This document shows, one piece after another, positions 9,073 to 16,707 of a stretch of 64,000 bases of DNA. Under the pieces are notes generated by a model that made no database searches, was not told the origin of the DNA, and worked only from the letters and a program-made list of their open reading frames with translations. Both the position numbers and the translations under genes were made by a program. The stretch comes from a virus. Position 1 is the stretch's first letter. The number at the start of each line of letters is the position of its first letter. The stretch is from the IMG/VR virus record IMGVR_UViG_3300009370_000002; one strand, written 5' to 3'.

Positions 9073-10428
9073 TTATCCCCTCGCTTCTGCGTATTTATTT
9101 CTTAAGTAAGTCAAATTATCCTTTTGTGACATTTGAGGCTTTTCCGAGTCTGCCTCATCACGCTCCAATACCTTTATTGATACATTTGAAGTATCCATGA
9201 ATATTGGAAAAACCAATCCGTCTGGTCCGTTCCTGTTCTTGGCAATAAAGAATCTTCCGGTATTTGCTTGTTTGTCTTGTGGTGTTCTCGATAGCGAGAA
9301 GATAAAATCAGCCACAAAACACTTGTTGAACGCTTCAGAGATTGACTCCATAGTGATAACCTCTGCATTTAATCCACCCCGATTAGTTTGAGAACATGTC
9401 CAGACTGGACATTCGTGCGTTTGTGCGATTGAGCGAAGCTCTTCATAAATACCTTCTAAGTCGTGCCGCTTTTCTCCGTAGCTCTTTACTGGCTTGAGCA
9501 AATCAGCATAGTCTACTATTATTGTATCGGGTTTAATTCCTCGTTTTTTGAGGCGCTCAAGGTGACTCTTAAGTGTTTGAGTGCTAGCTGATTTTGTTGG
9601 ATACTCCTTTATAATTAGGTGCCCCTTTATATCTTTTACTTGCTCTACGATATTAAATTTGTTTCTCAAATGATCGTTAAGTTTAACGCCAGTCAAACAA
9701 CAGTCAAATCGTTGTCCAACAACAGTGTCTGCAAGCTCCAAGGTGTAATAAACAACGGTTTTGCCTTCCCTGAGGGCTGCGGCTCCAAGATGTACCATTA
9801 ACATGGATTTGCCTGCTCCAGTCGGGGCTATGGCGACACCAAGCTCTGATTTACCCAAACCGCCCTGAGTTATTTCGTCGAGCCTTTTCCAGCCTGTTGT
9901 GACTGGATCTCGGCTCTTAAGACGAAATCTTTCATCTATATCCATATGCCAATCATGCCCAAAATCCACATTAGTTCCAAGTTTCATGGCATCTTCAATA
10001 ACAGATTGTATTTCTTCGAATGAAGAAGATTTCAAAAGCTTAACCGACTGTATCATTGCTTTTTTAAGGACTTGCTTTCGACAAAAATCGATAGCATTAT
10101 CCTTAATAAATTCTGCTCCATTAACCTCATGCTCCTGTATAACCTTAGAATAAAACTGCCTGAGTTGCTTTTGGCATGCCTCAGTATACGAACCAATGCC
10201 AGAAGTAATATTAGACGCCATTATTTCATAAGACGGATGTTGTCTATATTTTGTTCTGTAATCGAGTAGCATTTGCACAAACACCTTGAGATGTTCATAT
10301 TGAAGAAATTCAACATCAAGAACCTCACTGATTTGATCGCAAAATGTTCTATCCTGAATCATTAAATGACACAGATTCTCTTGAAATGATTTTCCAAACT
10401 TCTGGAATGTTTCCTGTTTTAACTCCAT
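9073..10428 (-). CDS. replicative DNA helicase, DnaB/T4 gp41-like
   Basis: Walker A APTGAGKS, YTLEL, IIVDYADLL, SQTNR, IAKNRNGPDG. Confidence 0.92.
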   Translation of the reverse strand: MELKQETFQKFGKSFQENLCHLMIQDRTFCDQISEVLDVEFLQYEHLKVFVQMLLDYRTKYRQHPSYEIMASNITSGIGSYTEACQKQLRQFYSKVIQEHEVNGAEFIKDNAIDFCRKQVLKKAMIQSVKLLKSSSFEEIQSVIEDAMKLGTNVDFGHDWHMDIDERFRLKSRDPVTTGWKRLDEITQGGLGKSELGVAIAPTGAGKSMLMVHLGAAALREGKTVVYYTLELADTVVGQRFDCCLTGVKLNDHLRNKFNIVEQVKDIKGHLIIKEYPTKSASTQTLKSHLERLKKRGIKPDTIIVDYADLLKPVKSYGEKRHDLEGIYEELRSIAQTHECPVWTCSQTNRGGLNAEVITMESISEAFNKCFVADFIFSLSRTPQDKQANTGRFFIAKNRNGPDGLVFPIFMDTSNVSIKVLERDEADSEKPQMSQKDNLTYLRNKYAEARG

Positions 10429-10449
10429 TTTATCCTCCGAGTGTTATAA

Positions 10450-11430
10450 CTATAATATGGTTTTCCTAAAAGCAACCCACAAGTCCCCTAAATGAAGGGA
10501 GCCTTGCCCATCTTGCATGAGCATTTTGGTAATATTCAGCTTAGATAACAAGGGGTTAAAGTTATCCAAAGCAAAGTCAATTTTTTGTTTTCCTTGATGT
10601 GAAATATTTGGCTCATATAATTGCATAATTCTGTAATTACTCTTAACATGTTCTTTGTATTCTAGCAACCTTTTGTGTGCAACTTTTTTATCAATTGTCA
10701 TAAAACAGTGCGTCATAAGCTCATCACAAGAATATGCCCTTTCTTCCTCCAAGAAAGGAAAATACTTCACCATAGTCTTTATCCCAATCCGAGGAACGCC
10801 CTTGAGATTATCTGATGAATCTCCCTCAATTGCCCTAACAAGAGCAAAATTATTTGGATGAACGCCAAACTTCATCCTAAGCATTGTTCCATTAATCAAT
10901 TCTTTTTGGATTGGTCTCCAGATGAACGTATTCTCATTTCCACATAACTGATAGAAGTCTTTGTCTGAGGATACAATCACCTTTGTGTAATCACTGTATT
11001 TCTTGTGTTCATTGACATATGCTACAACATCATCAGCTTCAACATAATCCAGCATCAATTGAATAACAGGCATCTCATTAAGGTACTCGTGAAGTCTAAG
11101 TTGTTGATCTGCCCTATTCTTATAAACTTCATCTTCAGACAATTCAATCATTCTGCGGTTGAATCTAACGGGGCGTCTACCTTGTTTGTAATTCTTATTC
11201 ATAAGCCTCTTCTTCTCTGAGCCTCCATGCCCATCCCAGCATATAACAACCTCATGAGGACGAAAATCCCGACAAAGCTTCTGTAGTGATTTCATGAATC
11301 CGATGGTTCCACCATTTGGTAAGCCCTGTGCGTTCATACTCGGTATGATTGTGTAACTTCTGAGAAACATATTTAGAGCATCAATAATCAATACTCGTTT
11401 TTTATTGTCTGCCTCGATTGCTGGTCGCAT
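10450..11430 (-). CDS. 5'-3' exonuclease / RNase H (T4 rnh, PolI N-terminal-like)
   Basis: LIIDALN, CWDG, EADDVVA, SSDKDFYQL, GDSSDNLKGVPRIGIKT; start refined using GGAGG RBS at 11434-11438. Confidence 0.92.
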   Translation of the reverse strand: MRPAIEADNKKRVLIIDALNMFLRSYTIIPSMNAQGLPNGGTIGFMKSLQKLCRDFRPHEVVICWDGHGGSEKKRLMNKNYKQGRRPVRFNRRMIELSEDEVYKNRADQQLRLHEYLNEMPVIQLMLDYVEADDVVAYVNEHKKYSDYTKVIVSSDKDFYQLCGNENTFIWRPIQKELINGTMLRMKFGVHPNNFALVRAIEGDSSDNLKGVPRIGIKTMVKYFPFLEEERAYSCDELMTHCFMTIDKKVAHKRLLEYKEHVKSNYRIMQLYEPNISHQGKQKIDFALDNFNPLLSKLNITKMLMQDGQGSLHLGDLWVAFRKTIL

Positions 11431-11448
11431 ATTACCTCCGTTGCTTAT

Positions 11449-11477
11449 AACGTAATTCGTTCCTACTCTTTTGTCAA
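11449..11477 (-). promoter_or_regulatory. sigma70-type promoter
   Basis: TTGACA-N17-TACGTT upstream of the exonuclease RBS. Confidence 0.6.
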
Positions 11478-11513
11478 GAAAAAAAATGCCCCCGGCCATA
11501 AAAACCGAGAGCA
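11478..11513 (-). terminator. intrinsic terminator after recA-like gene
   Basis: TGCTCTCGG/CCGGGGGCA stem followed by a T run. Confidence 0.55.
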
Positions 11514-11537
11514 CCCAAGGAGAAAAACAAATGCAAA

Positions 11538-12623
11538 CTATTGTTTGTATTTATCTATAAGGACTTCATTCATAATAGCTATCACGCTGTCTCTGAACTC
11601 TTCCTCATTTAACTTGTTAAGCCATTGTTTTGCTTGAAATTTCGCCGTTTTTCCGCTTTGCAGTGTAAGGGTATACCAAGCACCGGAAAGCGTTAATTTC
11701 GGCGTTTTTGCAAGCTTAAGAACCTCAAGCCAAGACTCTTTATCTTGAATGCAGACGTTATTATTCGCCCACATAATCTTGAAGTTACAATCCCTCCCTT
11801 CGGAACCAAATCGAGACTTCTTGAGGAAGCAACGAACATGAGAACCGACACGAACACCATCTTCATCAATGGCAAATGAAGCTTTCGCTTTGCGCTTGGT
11901 TAACCAAATACGCAAAGATGAAAAATACTCAATAGCCTTTCCTCCGGGAGCTATATATGGCTCCACAAGCATTTCTGCTGGACGAGAGGATATGTTTGTC
12001 TTGAGTTGGTTAATCAACAACAAGGTTGATTCGGTATTCGCAAGAGGAATCGTAAGTTTGGGAAATGCTTTCGAAAAAATTCTTGGCTTCACAGCCATTG
12101 AGGACTGAGGGTTGTAGTCTCCTTCCACATCCTTTTCCGAAGGCGTTGCAGCAATGGAGTCCCATATAAACAAGACACGCTGATCTGCGTATTCATTCAT
12201 GATATATTCCATTGTTTCTAATGTTTTCTCAACACTAACTGCTTGAATGTAGAGCATTCCCTCCTTAGAGCAGCCTGCTCTCTCTAAGAACTCTACATCA
12301 ATCGCTGACTCTGCATCGAAGTAAACAACAAACATGCCTTTCTTCTGTGCGTTCGCTGCTATCTGTACTGCCATGAATGACTTCCCAGCACCTGATAATC
12401 CAGCTAGTTCAGTGATTTTGCCAACAGGTATCCCGGCTTCTTCACCAGGCTTAATAATACAATCAAGCCATCGTGAACCTGTTGGTATCCAGTCTCGAAC
12501 ATTCACAGGGTTCGACTGGTTCAAATCATGGGCCATCTCAAGCCCAATCTTCTTATTAATCTTCTTGGCTAAATCGCCAACGTTTATCTTGCCGGGTTGT
12601 TTCATTTGTACTACCTTGCCCAT
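11538..12623 (-). CDS. uvsX: RecA/UvsX-like recombinase
   Basis: IPTGSRWLD, GLSGAGKS (Walker A), YFDAESA, IWDSIAA, INQL, PGGKAIEYFSSLRI; start refined to MGKVV. Confidence 0.92.
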   Translation of the reverse strand: MGKVVQMKQPGKINVGDLAKKINKKIGLEMAHDLNQSNPVNVRDWIPTGSRWLDCIIKPGEEAGIPVGKITELAGLSGAGKSFMAVQIAANAQKKGMFVVYFDAESAIDVEFLERAGCSKEGMLYIQAVSVEKTLETMEYIMNEYADQRVLFIWDSIAATPSEKDVEGDYNPQSSMAVKPRIFSKAFPKLTIPLANTESTLLLINQLKTNISSRPAEMLVEPYIAPGGKAIEYFSSLRIWLTKRKAKASFAIDEDGVRVGSHVRCFLKKSRFGSEGRDCNFKIMWANNNVCIQDKESWLEVLKLAKTPKLTLSGAWYTLTLQSGKTAKFQAKQWLNKLNEEEFRDSVIAIMNEVLIDKYKQ

Positions 12624-12624
12624 G

Positions 12625-12948
12625 CTAAATAGTCCCTTTAGTTGAATTAACAAACTCAAGAATTTGTTGTTCATTACCAGCACCTGTTTGTCTGTTTACC
12701 ACTTTTCCATCTTTGATAACAATCAAGGTTGGGATGCTTCGAACACCAAACTTCTGGGCTACATTAGGGCTCTCATCAATATTAATCTTTGCTACTGTCA
12801 CTTTGCCTTCCAGAGTCTGCGATAGAGAATCCAGAACAGGAGATAACCTCTTACAGGGCATACACCAATCGGCATAAAAATCAACTAGCGTTGTACCAGT
12901 TGACGTTTCAGTATCAAAATTGCTTTCATTTAGCCTTTTTACGCTCAT
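12625..12948 (-). CDS. trxA: thioredoxin
   Basis: VDFYADWCMPC active site, SIPTL cis-Pro motif, 107 aa. Confidence 0.95.
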   Translation of the reverse strand: MSVKRLNESNFDTETSTGTTLVDFYADWCMPCKRLSPVLDSLSQTLEGKVTVAKINIDESPNVAQKFGVRSIPTLIVIKDGKVVNRQTGAGNEQQILEFVNSTKGTI

Positions 12949-12957
12949 ATTACCTCC

Positions 12958-13068
12958 TTAATGATATCGAACGGTTGCTTCCACTTCTTCGACTGCTGTA
13001 TCATCTGATCCAGAGTCTACTTCTTCATCTTCGCCACATGCGAACATTGTTAATATAAATATTATCAC
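12958..13068 (-). CDS. very small acidic lipoprotein (36 aa, below ORF-track cutoff)
   Basis: GGAGG then GTG; translation MIIFILTMFA-CGEDEEVDSGSDDTAVEEVEATVRYH with lipobox-like FAC. Confidence 0.5.
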   Translation of the reverse strand: MIIFILTMFACGEDEEVDSGSDDTAVEEVEATVRYH

Positions 13069-13189
13069 TATTCCTCCGTTTAAAAATTAAGGCATCTGTA
13101 AACCCATGCCTTCCTGCGGTGGGGGTTAAAAGATGGTGCCCTATTTACTAAGAAGCGCCGGGCTACCAAGGCGCTCATCACTAAACCTT

Positions 13190-13951
13190 CTAGCCGTTTT
13201 GGTTCATGAAGTTTTTTAACGCTCCATCAACAGCATCCTTCGCACTATACATCTGCTTTTCAGACGAGGCATTCTCGGAGGTAATATCGGAGGATAAATA
13301 ATCATCCAACAGCGCTTGTACTTCGGAGGTAGTCTGGCGTTGGAATAATGTCTCAATGTCTGGAACAGAATTAATAAGTTCATCACAATTTTCCACATCT
13401 TCACATAAAAGCGAAGGACGCCGACGAGGTTTTAATGATGTTTTCGGAAACGACCCTGGGGTACCCGGAATTGTATAAGTCATAACAATATCAGTACCTG
13501 TTTCCTCATGGGTTAAGTCCCCATAGTCGGGATCAAGAACATAAGACAAAAGTGTCTCATATGCAGTCTTACCATAAGACCACACTCTTACGCCCTTAGA
13601 TTCCTCTCCACGAACCAAAATTGGAGAGAAGTATCGTTTACGAGCAAAGAGTTTCTTTGCTTCTCGTTTAGCTGTATCATCATTGTTTTCTACACCTTCG
13701 CGCCACAGCTTTGACGCAAAGTCACAAATTGGACACTCTTCTCCATGATTACGCTTTGGACAAAGAATGCCAGGATTTCTTCCCACATTATAGTGGAAAT
13801 GAAATTCTTTGAAAGGGTCACCATCAGATGCTGGCATCAGCCGGATAGTTTGATCACCCTCAGATGGTCGCCATTTGTTATTATCTTGTTTTTTGCCACC
13901 GTTACGTGACGCTTCGAGCTTAGCTCTCATAGCTTCTAAATTAATAGCCAT
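13190..13951 (-). CDS. single-stranded DNA-binding protein, T4 gp32-like
   Basis: N-terminal basic helix, HFHYNVG...CPK...CPICD, RKRYFSPILVRG, WSYGKT, YGDLT...GTDI, acidic C-terminus. Confidence 0.85.
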   Translation of the reverse strand: MAINLEAMRAKLEASRNGGKKQDNNKWRPSEGDQTIRLMPASDGDPFKEFHFHYNVGRNPGILCPKRNHGEECPICDFASKLWREGVENNDDTAKREAKKLFARKRYFSPILVRGEESKGVRVWSYGKTAYETLLSYVLDPDYGDLTHEETGTDIVMTYTIPGTPGSFPKTSLKPRRRPSLLCEDVENCDELINSVPDIETLFQRQTTSEVQALLDDYLSSDITSENASSEKQMYSAKDAVDGALKNFMNQNG

Positions 13952-14064
13952 AGTGTTTTACCTCTTGTTAGTTAAGTTTTTTGTCCTTAAGGACTAAGGT
14001 CGGGGGGATTTTAACCCCCCGCCATATTTATATATCCCAAATTACATAGATTCCACAAAGCAAA

Positions 14065-14310
14065 TTAGGATTTTGGGAATGAATAATTCACACTTCTTGA
14101 ATTCACAGAACCTACGATACGACTTCGATTAAAAGTTCGAAATCCATGCTTATCAGTATCCCAAACAGTCCGCATGTCGCCAGAGCTTTCTTTACGTTGT
14201 TTAGAAGAAAACTGTGAACTTGGTAAGTCAGAAACTTGAATATAATTCATAGTTCGTGTAGTTCCATCAGTCTTAGTAAAGGTTCCGGTGTATTGTGTAA
14301 ATGTGCTCAT
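14065..14310 (-). CDS. WYL_2 / Sm-like SH3 protein, paralogue A
   Basis: FTKTDGTTRTM...VWDTDKHGFRTFN matches phage DUF2693/WYL_2 pattern; GGAGG RBS. Confidence 0.6.
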   Translation of the reverse strand: MSTFTQYTGTFTKTDGTTRTMNYIQVSDLPSSQFSSKQRKESSGDMRTVWDTDKHGFRTFNRSRIVGSVNSRSVNYSFPKS

Positions 14311-14328
14311 GTTTACCTCCAGTGATTT

Positions 14329-14381
14329 ATGAGTTAAGTTGCGAAATTAAAAGATATTTATTGTTCATGAGTTAAGTTGCG
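14329..14381. repeat. two exact 15-bp direct repeats
   Basis: ATGAGTTAAGTTGCG at 14329-14343 and 14367-14381 (38-bp period). Confidence 0.85.
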
Positions 14382-14451
14382 GCATTTGGGTTGTGATATA
14401 TGCCGACAAGGACTCAATACTTAATAAGATTTTTCTTTTTCCTTCTCTTAT

Positions 14452-14480
14452 ATTATAACCGATCGGTTATGATTTGTCAA
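14452..14480 (-). promoter_or_regulatory. perfect sigma70 promoter with embedded 16-bp palindromic operator
   Basis: TTGACA-N17-TATAAT on minus strand; ATAACCGATCGGTTAT perfect palindrome at 14455-14470. Confidence 0.85.
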
Positions 14481-14721
14481 ATTGTTTTTTGATATATTTT
14501 GAAGAAAGTTTGCCAACCAATGTACCGTGATTGAATCTGCGGATTCCTTTCACATTAACATCGTAAACAACTTCCATTTTGCCATCAGAGCTAATATGGT
14601 TTTCGCGCATTTCATTAGAAACCATATGTTTTGGCAAGTCAAGAATTTTAATATAATTCATTAGTCGATTGACACCATTCCTTTTGCGAAATATGCCAGT
14701 GTATTGTGTGTATGTACTCAT
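14467..14721 (-). CDS. WYL_2 / Sm-like SH3 protein, paralogue B
   Basis: MSTYTQYTGIFRKRNGVNRLMNYI...VYDVNVKGIRRFN aligns with paralogue A; GGAGG RBS. Confidence 0.6.
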   Translation of the reverse strand: MSTYTQYTGIFRKRNGVNRLMNYIKILDLPKHMVSNEMRENHISSDGKMEVVYDVNVKGIRRFNHGTLVGKLSSKYIKKQFDKS

Positions 14722-14722
14722 A

Positions 14723-15526
14723 TTACCTCCAATCTTGAATATGATGAGTATATTTGAGAGAATAAAAGAATGATTGCTTATGCTCGGACGGGTAGACTGC
14801 GAACGAAGATGTTATTTTGTTTTTCTCATCGTCAGTGACACGGCTCTTGATAAGTTTTAGCAAGTCTTTGTTACTCTCCAGTTGTTGTTTGCTTATACTG
14901 TAAATGTATCCTGTTTCAGTGATATTGTCAAGAAAAAACATTAAGTTTTCTTCTTTTTTCTTGAGAACCCCCGTTGAAACTGTACTAATTCGAGACACCT
15001 CTTTCGGTATATGCTGGGAGCCTAAAACGGGCTGTTGTGTTCTAAACCACTCTATTGTCTCTATTGTGTTTGCAATCTGTTTGTTTATCATGTCGAACAT
15101 CTTCGTTATGGATTGATCACCAATTATGTTCAATATATCTTTGTTTGAGAATACGGTGAGCCTGTTCAATAATCCTGACCTTGCATATTCCTGTAGTACG
15201 TTGAATACCACCTTGTGTCTCTTAGCTACTTGTGGAGATGCCCACTCTAAGTCGGGGAATACATATCCAACATTAATCTTTTTATTCTTTATAGTCTCCA
15301 ACAGACGCAATGTAGCGGAAGAGCATTTGCTTCCACCGCAAAGGAAGAACCAACACTCGCCTTCGGCAAACTTCAGTTTCTTGAATTTTGGACAATGCAT
15401 CTCGAAATCTTCTTCAATTTTGCACTTCTTTGGAAAGTCAGACTCAACTATCGTCACCTTTTTGTACAAATCAGAGAAGTGATTTGCGATTCCTGCTCCT
15501 GCTGAACCTAATCCTATGACAACCAT
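14723..15526 (-). CDS. divergent tubulin/FtsZ-superfamily protein (PhuZ/TubZ-like)
   Basis: VIGLGSAGAGIA (T1 loop), FLCGGSKCSSA (T4-loop position, degenerate), VFSNKD and FDMINKQIANTI in FtsZ-like order. Confidence 0.65.
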   Translation of the reverse strand: MVVIGLGSAGAGIANHFSDLYKKVTIVESDFPKKCKIEEDFEMHCPKFKKLKFAEGECWFFLCGGSKCSSATLRLLETIKNKKINVGYVFPDLEWASPQVAKRHKVVFNVLQEYARSGLLNRLTVFSNKDILNIIGDQSITKMFDMINKQIANTIETIEWFRTQQPVLGSQHIPKEVSRISTVSTGVLKKKEENLMFFLDNITETGYIYSISKQQLESNKDLLKLIKSRVTDDEKNKITSSFAVYPSEHKQSFFYSLKYTHHIQDWR

Positions 15527-16707
15527 AATACCTCCTCCATATCTCTAAGGTTTCTTCCTGCTGTTGCTGAAGATTTGAACCAACCGAGTTGAGTATCTTC
15601 AAATATCTCTTGGATTTGGGGAAGCATATGCCTATCATCAAACGCCAAATCAATTGTTATTGAGTCATGAACGACAGAATGAACAAACGACTTTGTATTC
15701 TGAACAAATTTGTTTATTTTAACCGCTTGTTTCATACAATTGTCTGAAGATGAAGACTGCAAGAGATAGTTCAGAGCATGAAAGTCATCAGCTTCAATGT
15801 GTCTGCCGAATGGGGTGGAGACAACACCATCAGTATAATATTTATTTAACAGTAGTCTCCTATCATAGTGCTCTGAGTCTATAGCGTCAGAGTTGGGGTT
15901 GTAGAGCCACGCTAAGAACTTCGTCTTGGCTGTCTTTCTATCGTACTTGCCATCGAAGAGGTGTTCCATATTCCACTCATGTATGTCTACACGGGGGTGG
16001 GTACCAGTAGATAAAGAGATGAAGGCTCGAACCTCCGCTCCGTTCAAATCAAAGGAGACGAATATATCATTCTTCGGCACAACACAGTTGGCAATTTCCT
16101 TCTTGAGATTCATTATCGGAAAGGAACCTTTCTTCGTTGTCAATCGTCCAGTTTTTGAACCCCACACATCGTACAGAATCGGCTTGTTTTTGCCGTTTAG
16201 TGAACTAAGCAGCACCCTTGCCTTGTTATCCGTCTTGGATGCTTTTTTGAGGGTACCTTGAGCGATTAACACATCATTTTGGGATATGTCGTGAGCCATT
16301 TCAAACATGTCAACCAAGAAGCCATGATTCTGAGGTTTATCATGGTTGGAGAACACATGTTCACATATCTCATTCTTTACTTCACAATAGTGCATAAGAT
16401 GTTGTTCTGGGACCAAATCAAACATGCAAAGTTCACCAAGCTTAAGTTTGGCATTTGCTGCTGAGTTGATGAATGCTCTTATCTTCTTTTCTCTCTTTTC
16501 AAGTCGAGACTTAAGATGCTCGGGGCATACTTCCTCTAACGACTTTCCGTTAACATAAACGCTAGCATAATCAACAGGAACACCATTGAGACGGCTATGC
16601 CAGTTCCATGTTCGATTAGAAGTTGTAGGTATTCTATCATAAATAAACTCTCCATTACTGTAAATGCCAAAGCATTCTTTTCTATCATCCAATATCTGAA
16701 ATATCAT
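15514..16707 (-). CDS. short family-A DNA polymerase (palm/fingers only)
   Basis: KTGRLT, motif A DLNGAEVR, motif B RKTAKTKFLAWLY, TPFGR, NYLLQS, motif C VHDS; no recognisable exonuclease domain; 397 aa. Confidence 0.8.
   Translation of the reverse strand: MIFQILDDRKECFGIYSNGEFIYDRIPTTSNRTWNWHSRLNGVPVDYASVYVNGKSLEEVCPEHLKSRLEKREKKIRAFINSAANAKLKLGELCMFDLVPEQHLMHYCEVKNEICEHVFSNHDKPQNHGFLVDMFEMAHDISQNDVLIAQGTLKKASKTDNKARVLLSSLNGKNKPILYDVWGSKTGRLTTKKGSFPIMNLKKEIANCVVPKNDIFVSFDLNGAEVRAFISLSTGTHPRVDIHEWNMEHLFDGKYDRKTAKTKFLAWLYNPNSDAIDSEHYDRRLLLNKYYTDGVVSTPFGRHIEADDFHALNYLLQSSSSDNCMKQAVKINKFVQNTKSFVHSVVHDSITIDLAFDDRHMLPQIQEIFEDTQLGWFKSSATAGRNLRDMEEVLWLS

Noticed and set aside
7208-10428. Inteins or introns in RNR, helicase or terminase
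   Set aside because: Lengths and motif spacing are normal; no splice-junction or homing-endonuclease motifs seen
10430-10480. Possible sigma70 promoter upstream of the helicase
   Set aside because: TTGCTT and TA-rich boxes are present but spacing does not give a clear -10 at 16-18 nt
14329-14381. Direct repeats as a mini CRISPR array
   Set aside because: Only two 15-bp copies with a 23-bp gap; too short and too few, and no cas genes
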